Shown here: positions 46,993 through 56,634 of the stretch, one piece after another
Layout of the letters: each line of letters starts with the position of its first letter
Numbering within the stretch: position 1 is the stretch's first letter
From: Lachnospiraceae bacterium
GTDB taxonomy: Bacteria > Bacillota > Clostridia > Lachnospirales > Lachnospiraceae
Direction: 5' to 3'
NCBI GenBank assembly: GCA_045640905.1
Contig: JAZUFW010000058.1
Span: forward strand, 9,881-73,880
DNA length: 64,000 nucleotides
The notes under the pieces: model-generated
Told to the model about the DNA's origin: nothing
Seen by the model: only the letters and a program-made list of their open reading frames with translations
Databases searched by the model: none
Program-made: the position numbers and the translations under genes

Positions 46993-47409
46993 ATGAAGCA
47001 ACTGTCGGTTTTTTTGGAAAATCGTGAGGGAAGACTTGAAGAAGCCCTTTGCATTTTAAAGAATAACAATATAAACATTGTATCTCTGTCTTTGGCGGAT
47101 ACTACGGACTATGGCATGTTGAGACTGATTGTCAACGATCCCGAAAACGGTCAAAAGGCACTTAAGGGAGAGGGCTTTTCCGCACATTTGTCCAATGTTG
47201 TCGCAATACGCTTTTCACATACTCCCGGTTCTTTGCATGCCGCGCTGGACGCGTTAAAGACGGGTGGAATCAATATAGAATATATGTATGCGTTATGCAC
47301 AAAAACAGATGAGGCAGCCATAGTTATTAAACCTTCGAACATAGAAGATGCTGTTAAAATATTGGAAGATAACGGTTTTAAGTTATTTACCGATGGTGAT
47401 GTTTTTTAA
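46993..47409 (+). CDS. ACT domain protein
   Basis: 138 aa. LSVFLENREGRL start, two ACT-like halves. Confidence 0.7.
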   Translation: MKQLSVFLENREGRLEEALCILKNNNINIVSLSLADTTDYGMLRLIVNDPENGQKALKGEGFSAHLSNVVAIRFSHTPGSLHAALDALKTGGINIEYMYALCTKTDEAAIVIKPSNIEDAVKILEDNGFKLFTDGDVF

Positions 47410-47412
47410 GCT

Positions 47413-48060
47413 ATGACACAATCTGTTAATTATCAAAAAGAACTTGAAAAAGTTCTGCAGGATGAATCACAAAGGGGCACTCATTTGTTTTTACACAGCT
47501 GTTGTGCCCCATGCAGTTCATATGTGCTTACCTATCTAAGCACTTTTTTTAATATTACGGTTTTTTATTATAATCCGAATATTACGGAGGATAATGAATA
47601 TAGGCACCGTGTGGAGGAGCAAAAACGCCTGATTTATGAATTGAATCGGGAAACAGCCATGAAGACCAAGGAGTGCCCGAACAGATTCCCCATAGCAGTA
47701 TTGGAAGGAGACTATGACAGAGATGCTTTCCTTGAAAATGTGAAGGGACATGAGCAGGATAAAGAAGGCGGAGCCCGATGCGCAATCTGCTTTCGAATGC
47801 GACTTAAAAAGACGGTTGAAGAGGCTCTGATACACCAAGCGGATTATGTGACCACCACGCTGACAATCAGTCCGCTGAAAAATGCCGAATTGCTGAATAA
47901 CATAGGCATGGATTTGTGCAAAGCGTGTGATGTGAAATGGTTGCCGTCGGACTTTAAAAAGAAAGACGGTTATAAGCAGAGTATAGAATTGTCAAAGAAA
48001 TATGATTTGTACAGGCAGGATTACTGCGGATGTATTTTTTCTAAGGAGAACGATATATGA
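47413..48060 (+). CDS. queH: Epoxyqueuosine reductase QueH (DUF208)
   Basis: LHSCCAPCSSY, CAICFRMRL and DYCGC cysteine motifs. Confidence 0.85.
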   Translation: MTQSVNYQKELEKVLQDESQRGTHLFLHSCCAPCSSYVLTYLSTFFNITVFYYNPNITEDNEYRHRVEEQKRLIYELNRETAMKTKECPNRFPIAVLEGDYDRDAFLENVKGHEQDKEGGARCAICFRMRLKKTVEEALIHQADYVTTTLTISPLKNAELLNNIGMDLCKACDVKWLPSDFKKKDGYKQSIELSKKYDLYRQDYCGCIFSKENDI

Positions 48061-49823
48061 AGTATTTTATTGAATTGATATCTGATGAAATGAAAAAGGC
48101 TTTTGCCGAAGCCGGATATGATGAATCCTTGGGTCGTGTCAGCGTATCAAACAGACCTGACTTGTGTGAATATCAGTGTAACGGAGCCATGGCCGGAGCA
48201 AAGAAGTACGGACAAAAACCTATTGATATAGCAAATGCAGTGGCTCAAAAACTCGAAGGCAGCGATGTATTTTCTTCAGTCGAAGCCGTTATGCCGGGAT
48301 TCTTGAACCTTAAACTCAACAATGATTTTTTGGTCAAATACGTGGACGCTGTTTCAAAAGATTCCAAGTTCGGACTTGATACCGTATCCGAAGAAAAAAC
48401 TGTTATCGTTGACTACGGCGGACCGAATGTGGCAAAACCGCTTCATGTCGGACATTTGCGTTCTGCGGTTATCGGCGAAGCAGTGAAGCGTATATGCAAA
48501 TATATGGGATATAAAGCAATCGGAGATATTCACTTGGGCGATTGGGGCCTTCAGATGGGGCTTGTAATCAATGAAGTTAAGAACCGTCAGCCCGAGCTTG
48601 TATATTTTGATGATAATTATGATGGAGATTATCCTTCGGAAGCACCGTTTACTGTGGCTGATTTGGAGGAAATATATCCGTATGCGTCGGGAAAATCAAA
48701 AGAAGATCCCGAGTATAAGGCAGCAGCCATGGAAGCTACGTTTAAGCTCCAAAGCGGAGTGCGGGGATATCGAGCCTTATGGAATCATATTATGGATGTT
48801 TCCATAGCAGACATGAAGAAGAATTATGATAAACTGAATGTTAATTTCGAACTTTGGAACGGTGAATCTTCGGTACATGAACTGATACCGGGAATGGTTA
48901 AATACATGCAGGACAACGGTTATGCGTATATGTCGGACGGAGCCTGGGTAATCGATGTAAAGGAAGATACCGATAAAAAGGAAATGCCACCTTGTATTTT
49001 GCTGAAATCCGACGGAGCATCGTTATACAATACTACTGATTTGGCTACAATTATGGATCGTGTCGAAAAGTATGATCCTTCTCGAATGATATACTTAACC
49101 GATAAGCGTCAGGATCTGTATTTTGAACAGGTATTCCGTGCGGCACGCAAAACAAAGATTATCGCAGATGATATTCCCATGATTCACATCGGCTTCGGAA
49201 CGGTTAACGGTTCTGACGGACATGCATTCAAAACCCGTGAAGGTGGGGTAATGCGTCTCGAACGACTCATCAGCGAAATTAATGAAAAGACATTTGAACG
49301 TATTACGGAATCGCGTGAAATGCCTGAAGAGGAAGCACGCAATATCGCTGCCATCGTCGCCCTTGCTGCTATAAAGTACGGTGATTTATCAAATCAAGCC
49401 TCAAAGGACTATATTTTTGATATGGACAAATTCACTTCTTTTGAAGGAGATACCGGTCCGTATATTCTGTATACAATCGTTCGAATTAAGTCTATACTCA
49501 GTAAGGTAGCAGCAGACGGATTTGACGTTTCGAGCGCTTCACTTGCAGGATGTTATTCCGATGCAGAGAAAACGTTAATGATGGATATAGCAGGATTTAA
49601 TGCCATGATGACGAATGCTTATGAAGAAACGGCTCCTCATAAGATATGTGCTTATATTTACAATATGGCCAATGATTTTAACCGTTTCTACCATGAAACA
49701 AAGATAGCTACGGAAGAGGATATGACTAAGAAAGGATCGTTTATTGCATTGCTGAAGGTGACGCGCGATATCTTGGAAACATGTATTGACGTATTGGGAT
49801 TTGCGGCACCCGAGAAGATGTAA
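48057..49823 (+). CDS. argS: Arginine--tRNA ligase
   Basis: 588 aa. PNVAKPLHVGHLRS (HIGH) and a C-terminal DALR anticodon-binding region. ATGA overlap with queH. Confidence 0.95.
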   Translation: MKYFIELISDEMKKAFAEAGYDESLGRVSVSNRPDLCEYQCNGAMAGAKKYGQKPIDIANAVAQKLEGSDVFSSVEAVMPGFLNLKLNNDFLVKYVDAVSKDSKFGLDTVSEEKTVIVDYGGPNVAKPLHVGHLRSAVIGEAVKRICKYMGYKAIGDIHLGDWGLQMGLVINEVKNRQPELVYFDDNYDGDYPSEAPFTVADLEEIYPYASGKSKEDPEYKAAAMEATFKLQSGVRGYRALWNHIMDVSIADMKKNYDKLNVNFELWNGESSVHELIPGMVKYMQDNGYAYMSDGAWVIDVKEDTDKKEMPPCILLKSDGASLYNTTDLATIMDRVEKYDPSRMIYLTDKRQDLYFEQVFRAARKTKIIADDIPMIHIGFGTVNGSDGHAFKTREGGVMRLERLISEINEKTFERITESREMPEEEARNIAAIVALAAIKYGDLSNQASKDYIFDMDKFTSFEGDTGPYILYTIVRIKSILSKVAADGFDVSSASLAGCYSDAEKTLMMDIAGFNAMMTNAYEETAPHKICAYIYNMANDFNRFYHETKIATEEDMTKKGSFIALLKVTRDILETCIDVLGFAAPEKM

Positions 49824-49856
49824 AATCAATTACTCTGCACCGACGTGCAGAGATAT

Positions 49857-49927
49857 GCAGGATTAGTACATCGGTAGTACACGAGCTTCCCAAGCTTGTG
49901 AGGCGGGTTCGACTCCCGTATCCTGCT
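49857..49927 (+). tRNA. tRNA-Gly (anticodon CCC), CCA not encoded
   Basis: Hand-folded cloverleaf: GCAGGAT/ATCCTGC acceptor stem, GTAC-atcggta-GTAC D arm, CGAGC-ttCCCaa-GCTTG anticodon arm, GCGGG-ttcgact-CCCGT T arm, discriminator T. Confidence 0.85.
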
Positions 49928-49936
49928 TGTGCACAC

Positions 49937-49970
49937 AGCCGCATGTTGCGTTGCAGCATGCGGCTTATTA
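49937..49970 (+). terminator. Hairpin after the tRNA (weak T tract)
   Basis: AGCCGCATG-ttgcgttgcag-CATGCGGCT followed by TATTA. Confidence 0.45.
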
Positions 49971-49976
49971 AATATT

Positions 49977-50477
49977 ATGAAACGTTATTGTCAAAATTGT
50001 AAAATTTCATATGAATTTTCGCCAAGGGAAGTTTCAGGTAAAGAGGACTTGGTTTGTCCTTCCTGCGGCAGCATTATTCCGAAGAATTCTTTTGAACCCG
50101 GGGGTGCCGGAAAATCCGATGCCATGGAAAGCAAAATCGGAAGCGCCGTAGGGTCATTGTTTTCGTTTGCATATATTTATTATTTGCTGCTTTCCGTTAT
50201 AGGCGCGGGCGCATTTTTCCTGCATTGGGATACTGTTCTTTATGTAGTTACCGCTATTGCGCTAATTTCATTTGTGCTTCAACTGTTGACGGGATATCTG
50301 GTGTTTAGAAGCGGAGTATTATTTTTGCCGGCGGGGGCTGTTTTGGGTTTTGCGTTATTCAAGAACATACAGGGAGCCTGCTTTGGCATTATGGCGGTGT
50401 TCTTTTTTAGACATCTTTTACGTGATATTTTGTACAGACTGTTTTATAAATTGATTGGTATCGGAAATTCGAAATGA
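49977..50477 (+). CDS. Zinc-ribbon membrane protein (hypothetical)
   Basis: N-terminal CxxC...CPSC followed by about four TM helices. The ATG at 49977 avoids overlapping the tRNA. Confidence 0.55.
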   Translation: MKRYCQNCKISYEFSPREVSGKEDLVCPSCGSIIPKNSFEPGGAGKSDAMESKIGSAVGSLFSFAYIYYLLLSVIGAGAFFLHWDTVLYVVTAIALISFVLQLLTGYLVFRSGVLFLPAGAVLGFALFKNIQGACFGIMAVFFFRHLLRDILYRLFYKLIGIGNSK

Positions 50478-50478
50478 T

Positions 50479-51201
50479 ATGAAAAACGGAAATGACAACG
50501 AAAATAACATAACCAAGAGGGCCTTTGTTGCAACGGTACCGATCATGGCAGGATATTTGGTGCTGGGAATCGGGTTTGGCGTATTCCTGAAGGCCAAAGG
50601 CTATGGAATGTGGTGGTCGCTTTTAACGAGTGTGGTTATCTATGCCGGTTCCATGCAGTATGTACTGGCTTCTTTAATGAGCGGAGGAGCTTCGTTTCTG
50701 ACAGTGGGATTGACCACATTAATGGTTAATGCCAGACACTTGTTTTACGGTATTTCAATGGTCCAAAAATACAAAGGAGCCGGTAAAAAAAAGCCGTATC
50801 TCATTTTTGCCTTGACTGATGAAACGTATTCGCTTGTATGCGACGTCCCGGAGGATATAGAAAAACTCGGAAAGAAAGCGACGATGAAGTATTGCTTTTT
50901 GGTTTCTCTTTTTGACCAGATATATTGGGTGAGCGGATGCTTTTTGGGAGGCCTGGCAGGTGAATACATCTCGTTTAACACCGAAGGGGTAGATTTTGCG
51001 CTGACTGCTTTGTTTATTACTATATTTACGGATCAATGGATGAAAAATAAGAATCATATACCCGCACTTATCGGTGTACTTTCATCCGTGATTGCACTTG
51101 CAATCTTTGGGCAGGATTCATTTCTTATTCCGGCGATGATTCTGATTATGACGGCGCTCCTTATTATGCAAAGAGTAAAGGGAGGGCAAAATAATGGATA
51201 G
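50479..51201 (+). CDS. azlC: AzlC family branched-chain amino acid exporter subunit
   Basis: VPIMAGYLVLGIGFGV and NARHLFYG motifs. Followed by an overlapping azlD. Confidence 0.85.
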   Translation: MKNGNDNENNITKRAFVATVPIMAGYLVLGIGFGVFLKAKGYGMWWSLLTSVVIYAGSMQYVLASLMSGGASFLTVGLTTLMVNARHLFYGISMVQKYKGAGKKKPYLIFALTDETYSLVCDVPEDIEKLGKKATMKYCFLVSLFDQIYWVSGCFLGGLAGEYISFNTEGVDFALTALFITIFTDQWMKNKNHIPALIGVLSSVIALAIFGQDSFLIPAMILIMTALLIMQRVKGGQNNG

Positions 51202-51517
51202 ATACGCATTGATTTGTGTTGCAATCGCTTCGGCTGTTACAATTCTTTTGAGAGCTTTGCCGTTTGTGTTTTTCGGAGGAAAAAAGACACCCAAAACGAT
51301 AGAATATCTGGGAACGGTGTTGCCGTGCGCAATTATGGGAATGCTGGTTGTTTATTGCCTTAAGGGAACTTCGTTTTCAAGTATCTCGGGCTTCCTGCCT
51401 GCGCTTATCGCTTCGGCAATCGTTGTTTTTTCTTACATCCTGAAAAAGAATACGTTGGTCAGCGTTATCAGCGGAACGGTATGCTATATGTTTCTTATTC
51501 AAGTGGTTTTTAAGTAA
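51194..51517 (+). CDS. azlD: AzlD family branched-chain amino acid exporter subunit
   Basis: 107 aa hydrophobic protein. LLRALPFVFFG motif. 8-nt overlap with azlC. Confidence 0.8.
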   Translation: MDRYALICVAIASAVTILLRALPFVFFGGKKTPKTIEYLGTVLPCAIMGMLVVYCLKGTSFSSISGFLPALIASAIVVFSYILKKNTLVSVISGTVCYMFLIQVVFK

Positions 51518-51619
51518 TTTCTGTCTATGGCGACGATAAAAAGTGACTTTACTTAGTGACCGTGGTACGGCAGTTGTGGTATAATTTTTCCAGAAATGTA
51601 TTTCTCGGAGGGTATAAAT

Positions 51620-52546
51620 ATGGCTATGAGATTGGTTACCAGATCTGACTTTGACGGATTGGCATGCGGTGCATTGCTCCTTGAAGCAGGAGTAATAGAT
51701 CATTGGCAGTTCGCTCATCCCAAAGATTTGCAGGATGGTTTGGTTGAAATTAACGAAAACGATTGCCTGGCTAATGTTCCTTATGTTCCCGGATGCGGAC
51801 TGTGGTTCGATCATCATTCCAGCGAACATGAGAGATTGGAATTGCAGGGCAAATATAAAGGCGAAAGCAGAATAACGCCTTCATGTGCGCGTATTATTTA
51901 TGAGTATTACGGTGGCAAGGAAAAGTTCCCGAACTATGATGATATCATGGTAGCAGTAGACAAAGTTGATTCGGGAAACCTGACCGTTGATGAAATACTG
52001 AATCCTACCGGATGGATTCTGGTTGGATTTTTGATGGATCCGAGAACAGGCCTCGGAAGATGGCGTCAGTTCACCATTTCAAACTATCAGTTGATGGAAA
52101 AACTGATGGTTGCATGCCGTGACAAATCCACGGAAGAAATTCTCGCTATGCCCGATGTTAAGGAGCGTATCGAAGTATATATGGAGCAGACCGAGAAGTT
52201 TAAGCAGATGGTTGCCGATCACACTGAAGTGAAGGGAAATGTTATCATCAGCGATTTGCGTGGTGTTGATCCTATTTACACCGGCAACAGATTCTTGATT
52301 TACAGTCTGTATCCCGAACAGAATGTTTCCGCATGGATAGTTAACGGACGAGGCGGACACGGCTGTTCGGCCGCAGTAGGTTACAGCATCATTAATAAAA
52401 CCTGTAAGGTTAATGTAGGGAGCTTAATGCTTAAGTACAACGGCGGCGGACACGAAAAGGTTGGAACCTGTCAGTTCTCTGACGAGAATATGGCGACAGA
52501 TTTGCCGAAGATGCTTGATGAACTGTGCGCAATGGCAAACGCATAA
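51620..52546 (+). CDS. DHH-like phosphoesterase (exopolyphosphatase-related family)
   Basis: RSDFDGLACG and WFDHHSSE motifs. Start at the internal ATG (MAMRLV). Confidence 0.65.
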   Translation: MAMRLVTRSDFDGLACGALLLEAGVIDHWQFAHPKDLQDGLVEINENDCLANVPYVPGCGLWFDHHSSEHERLELQGKYKGESRITPSCARIIYEYYGGKEKFPNYDDIMVAVDKVDSGNLTVDEILNPTGWILVGFLMDPRTGLGRWRQFTISNYQLMEKLMVACRDKSTEEILAMPDVKERIEVYMEQTEKFKQMVADHTEVKGNVIISDLRGVDPIYTGNRFLIYSLYPEQNVSAWIVNGRGGHGCSAAVGYSIINKTCKVNVGSLMLKYNGGGHEKVGTCQFSDENMATDLPKMLDELCAMANA

Positions 52547-52562
52547 ATAATGATTTTATTTT

Positions 52563-52596
52563 GAGCAGGCGGAATTTTAGCCTGCTCGATTTTATT
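52563..52596 (+). terminator. Rho-independent terminator
   Basis: GAGCAGGC-ggaatttta-GCCTGCTC followed by GATTTTATT. Confidence 0.75.
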
Positions 52597-52613
52597 GAAG
52601 CGGGAGAAATAAT

Positions 52614-53873
52614 ATGAAAACTAAAACAGCACCTATGGGATGGAACAGTTGGGATTGTTACGGAGCTGCAGTAACCGAGGATATAGTAAGGCAAAATGCC
52701 GAATTCATGGCCAAGTACCTGAAACAGTATGGTTGGGAATATGTGGTAGTGGATATTCAGTGGAGCGAACCTGAGGCGATTAATAATGAGTATCATCCGT
52801 TTGCGGATTTATGTATGGATGAATACGGCAGATTGCTGCCTGCGCCGAACAGATTCCCTTCAGCCAAGGACGGTAACGGGTTCAAGCCGCTTTCCGATTA
52901 TGTGCATTCGCTTGGATTGAAATTTGGAATTCATATAATGCGAGGCATTCCGAGAGGTGCCGTTCACCGCAATTTGCCTGTAAAGGGAACCAATCGTACT
53001 GCCAGAGAAGTTGCGAAAACGGCAAGCATCTGCTGCTGGAATTCGGATATGTACGGTCTGGATCCTCAAAAAAGCGGAGCCCGTGAATACTATGACAGTA
53101 TTTTTGAATTGTATGCTTCGTGGGGAGTTGATTTTATTAAGTGTGATGACATATGCCGTGAATTACCGCATGAAGAGGAAGAACTGATCATGCTGTCGGA
53201 ATCATTGCGAAACTGCGGACGCGACATGGTACTAAGTCTTTCACCCGGACCTGCCTTATTGGAAAAGGCAGAACTGTATAAAGAAGTGTCCGATATGTGG
53301 AGAATTACTGACGATTTCTGGGACAAATGGGAACTCCTTTACAATATGTTCGAAAGATGCGAAAAGTGGTGCACGCATACCGGAGCCGGAAACTGGCCGG
53401 ATGCGGATATGCTGCCCATAGGTCCGATTCGCCAGGTTTATAATAAAGATGAACGTACCAATTTTACAAAGGATGAACAGATTACCATGATGACGCTGTG
53501 GTGCATTTTTAGGGCGCCTTTGATGATTGGCGGTGAAATGACCGGGTTTGATGAATTCACCATGAGCCTGATTACCAATGAGGAAATTCTTAGGATGCAT
53601 CAGGATGTCAGACATTCGCATCAGGTATTCAGACGCAATATTAACGGAATCGAACATGCGGTATGGATAGGAGTTACGAACGAAGGAAAAACATATGTGG
53701 CTGTTTTTAATCTCGGAGATGAAGACAGCAAGATAGAGCTTGATTTGAATGAACTGGAAATATATTCGGATATTTCGGCAACGGAACTTTGGGGTAATAA
53801 AAAAGCAGTGTCAAACAATATGACACTGCCGATTGAAATCGCAAAACACGGTGCAAAGGTTTTTGCATTTTAG
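52614..53873 (+). CDS. Alpha-galactosidase, glycoside hydrolase family 27
   Basis: PMGWNSWDCYG and DFIKCDD (nucleophile region). 419 aa. Confidence 0.85.
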   Translation: MKTKTAPMGWNSWDCYGAAVTEDIVRQNAEFMAKYLKQYGWEYVVVDIQWSEPEAINNEYHPFADLCMDEYGRLLPAPNRFPSAKDGNGFKPLSDYVHSLGLKFGIHIMRGIPRGAVHRNLPVKGTNRTAREVAKTASICCWNSDMYGLDPQKSGAREYYDSIFELYASWGVDFIKCDDICRELPHEEEELIMLSESLRNCGRDMVLSLSPGPALLEKAELYKEVSDMWRITDDFWDKWELLYNMFERCEKWCTHTGAGNWPDADMLPIGPIRQVYNKDERTNFTKDEQITMMTLWCIFRAPLMIGGEMTGFDEFTMSLITNEEILRMHQDVRHSHQVFRRNINGIEHAVWIGVTNEGKTYVAVFNLGDEDSKIELDLNELEIYSDISATELWGNKKAVSNNMTLPIEIAKHGAKVFAF

Positions 53874-53910
53874 CTGTAAACTGTTATTACGTTATCACAA
53901 GTAATAAGTT

Positions 53911-54555
53911 TTAATGAATTATCGATAATATATCCGCAGCCGTTGGGGCTAAATAGGTTGCACCTGCATTCATTAGTTCATCTTTTGAACCGTATCCGAA
54001 GAGAACGCCTACAGAATCCAGACCGAAATGTTTCGCGCCGAGTATATCGTATTCGCGATCGCCGATCATCAATGATTTCGAAACATCGTCAATATGACAT
54101 TCTTTTAGGGCATATTCCAAAACTTCTGTTTTCTTGGTACGCTTTTCGTCCATGGTAGCCCCTGCTACAAAGTCGAAATACTCGGACAAATTAAAGTGTT
54201 CGAGTATTTTTTGAGCGAAAACATCGGGCTTCGAGGTCGCCAGAATAATCTTTTTTCCTTTCCCTTTCAGTTCTTTTAGCAACTCGGGAATTCCTTCATA
54301 GACGGTGCATTCAAAAATCCCTTTGTCGGAGTAATACTCGCGATAGTATTTGACGGCTTCTTTTGACTGTGCTTCATCAAAACCGTAGTAAGCTGAGAAA
54401 GAGTCCATTAACGGAGGCCCGATAAATCGATATAAAGATTCTCTGTCTTTGACTTCAATATTATATCTATTCAAGGCATACATCACGGAATTTGTGATGC
54501 CTATGCCGGGGTCTGTAATCGTTCCGTCCAAATCAAATAAAATATAATCGTACAT
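53911..54555 (-). CDS. HAD family hydrolase (phosphoglycolate phosphatase-like)
   Basis: MYDYILFDLDGT at the N-terminus, ATSK and IGDREYD motifs. ATG at 54555 chosen over the upstream TTG. Confidence 0.8.
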   Translation of the reverse strand: MYDYILFDLDGTITDPGIGITNSVMYALNRYNIEVKDRESLYRFIGPPLMDSFSAYYGFDEAQSKEAVKYYREYYSDKGIFECTVYEGIPELLKELKGKGKKIILATSKPDVFAQKILEHFNLSEYFDFVAGATMDEKRTKKTEVLEYALKECHIDDVSKSLMIGDREYDILGAKHFGLDSVGVLFGYGSKDELMNAGATYLAPTAADILSIIH

Positions 54556-54651
54556 AGCTTGTATTTTACATGGAAATTCATACTTTATCAACAGTCGGAA
54601 ATAGTATAAAGTCTTGAGAAGAAAGTTCCAAAATGCTAAAATAAAAAGACT

Positions 54652-55113
54652 ATGGAAATAAAGATAAAATCATTTTTATCAACTGAAGAAAACGATGATT
54701 CACTGCACATTTACGTAGACGGTTCCTACAACAAAGAAACCGGAGAATATGCATACGGGATGGTAGTTATTAAGGACGACGGAACAATCGAAGAGTATTC
54801 CGACAAATTTAACGATCCCGAATTGCAAAGTATGTGGAATGTGGCGGGAGAGATTATGGGTTCCTGCGCTGCCATGCAGTATGCGATGGATTATGAGATT
54901 CCGTCCATATCTATTTACCATGACTATGAAGGAATAGCGAAATGGCCTTTGGGCGAGTGGAAGACTAAAAAGGAAGGAACAAAAGCGTATGTTTCTTTCT
55001 ATAACGAGGCTTCGAAGAAGGTTAAAATACGATTTATAAAAGTAACGGGACACAGCGGAGATAAATATAATGATCTGGCTGATAAATTGGCCAGAAAAGC
55101 TCTGGGTCTTTAA
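54652..55113 (+). CDS. RNase H (type 1)-like domain protein
   Basis: 153 aa. IYVDGSY, AGEIMG, a probable third acidic residue in HDYEG, and GHSGDKYNDLADKLA. Confidence 0.7.
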   Translation: MEIKIKSFLSTEENDDSLHIYVDGSYNKETGEYAYGMVVIKDDGTIEEYSDKFNDPELQSMWNVAGEIMGSCAAMQYAMDYEIPSISIYHDYEGIAKWPLGEWKTKKEGTKAYVSFYNEASKKVKIRFIKVTGHSGDKYNDLADKLARKALGL

Positions 55114-55128
55114 TATTTTGGAGGCAAC

Positions 55129-56097
55129 ATGGTTTATTGGTTTTTATACAGATATCCTAATGTGATGCTTGCATTGGGGATTACTTTCATATTTATTACG
55201 ACGATGCTGGCACATCACCTTTTTAAAGATAAACTGCCTGCGGATGAGGGCAGGGATTTTGCCGTCGATGGAAAATTGTCAAAAGGAAAACCCAGAGGTG
55301 CCGGTATTATTTTTATTTTGTGCTTCGCGTTAGGCTATTTACTATTCGGACCGTTTAAGCCCGAATATATAATATACGTTGTTTTGACGGTCGCCGAAAT
55401 GCTCACGGGATATTTGGACGATCGTGCGGAAAAACCTTGGGGACGACTGAAAAAAGGCATTCTGGATTTGGTTGTGGCAATCCTTTTGGCCTTCACATAT
55501 GTGCATTATAACGGAACTATAATCAGAATTGCATTCCTTTCAATGGAGATTTCGGTACCGCTTGTTCTGTTTGTTGTACTGTGCATCCTGCTTGTATGGG
55601 GTTCTGTAAATGTAACCAATTGTGCGGATGGCGTGGATGGCTTATCCGGAATGCTGGTTATTGTAACATTGTTGAGTTTCTTCATAGGGGACTTTGCTTT
55701 TGATTACTTTTACAGATTTTCATTTTTAATAATTTTCTTCATTGTTGCGCTTATAGCTTATCTGTGGTTTAATGCCGGCCCCAGTATTTTGATGATGGGA
55801 GATGCCGGATCGCGCGCAATGGGATTGTTTATAGCAATAGTAGCCTTGAAAAGCCGTATGCCGTTACTTTTTGTTCCGTTTGCGCTGGTACTTATTCTTG
55901 ACGGAGGTTTGGGGCTTTTGAAGGTTACATGCATCAGAGTGTTCAAGTTTAACCCACTTAAGAAAATCAGAACACCTTTACATGATTTTGTCCGTAAAGA
56001 GATTGACATTACCTGGTCAAATCCGCAGACGGTTGCCAGATTTTCGATTATTCAGGGCGTAATATCTTTGGTGTATATTTATTTATTTTTGAGATAA
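55129..56097 (+). CDS. Divergent MraY-like polyprenyl-phosphate sugar-phosphate transferase (PNPT family)
   Basis: GYLDDRAEKPWG, NVTNCADGVDGLSG and MMGDAGSRAMG. PLHDF sits where canonical MraY has P-HHH-F. Confidence 0.75.
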   Translation: MVYWFLYRYPNVMLALGITFIFITTMLAHHLFKDKLPADEGRDFAVDGKLSKGKPRGAGIIFILCFALGYLLFGPFKPEYIIYVVLTVAEMLTGYLDDRAEKPWGRLKKGILDLVVAILLAFTYVHYNGTIIRIAFLSMEISVPLVLFVVLCILLVWGSVNVTNCADGVDGLSGMLVIVTLLSFFIGDFAFDYFYRFSFLIIFFIVALIAYLWFNAGPSILMMGDAGSRAMGLFIAIVALKSRMPLLFVPFALVLILDGGLGLLKVTCIRVFKFNPLKKIRTPLHDFVRKEIDITWSNPQTVARFSIIQGVISLVYIYLFLR

Positions 56098-56111
56098 AGC
56101 TGTATATATAA

Positions 56112-56633
56112 ATGTTCGGAGGGGAAATGATGGAAAACGATAAAAACAGCAGAAGAGACAAAGTTAATTATTATTTGGACTTGGCTGAGACTGTGGCTCA
56201 GAGAGGCACATGTCTGAGACGAAAATACGGAGCCGTAATCGTTAAGAACGATGAAGTTATTTCCACAGGATACGTCGGAGCTCCGCGAGGCAGAAAGAAT
56301 TGCTCCGATATAGGGACTTGTATTCGTAACGAACTCAATATTCCGCGCGGTGAGCGATATGAATTATGCAGATCGGTTCATGCTGAAGCCAATGCCATTA
56401 TTTCGGCAGCCAGGAATCAAATGATCGGTGCAACCATGTACCTGGCCGGAGTGGATGCGGTTACGGGTGAATATATTCCCAATTCCAATTCCTGTGCGAT
56501 GTGTAAGCGAATGATAATAAATGCCGGAATCGATCGCGTGATAGTTCGCGATGATCGCGATGAATACAGAGTTGTTGATGTATCTGACTGGATTGAAAAC
56601 GATGAATCATTAAACGGAACCAGAGGGTATTAA
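56112..56633 (+). CDS. Deoxycytidylate (dCMP) deaminase, ComEB type
   Basis: VHAEANAI and SCAMCKRMIINAGI zinc motifs. Start uncertain (56112, 56127 or 56130). Confidence 0.85.
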   Translation: MFGGEMMENDKNSRRDKVNYYLDLAETVAQRGTCLRRKYGAVIVKNDEVISTGYVGAPRGRKNCSDIGTCIRNELNIPRGERYELCRSVHAEANAIISAARNQMIGATMYLAGVDAVTGEYIPNSNSCAMCKRMIINAGIDRVIVRDDRDEYRVVDVSDWIENDESLNGTRGY

Positions 56634-56634
56634 T

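Noticed and set aside
54652-55113. The RNase H-like protein as part of a retroelement or retron.
   Set aside because: No reverse transcriptase, msr/msd-like structured repeats or integrase lie nearby. Stand-alone RNase H-fold proteins of this size are common in Clostridia.
56112-56633. The dCMP deaminase as a nucleotide-depletion anti-phage effector.
   Set aside because: Its size (173 aa) and motifs are those of housekeeping ComEB/dCMP deaminase. It lacks the extra N-terminal kinase-like domain described for defensive dCTP deaminases, and the context is not a defence island.
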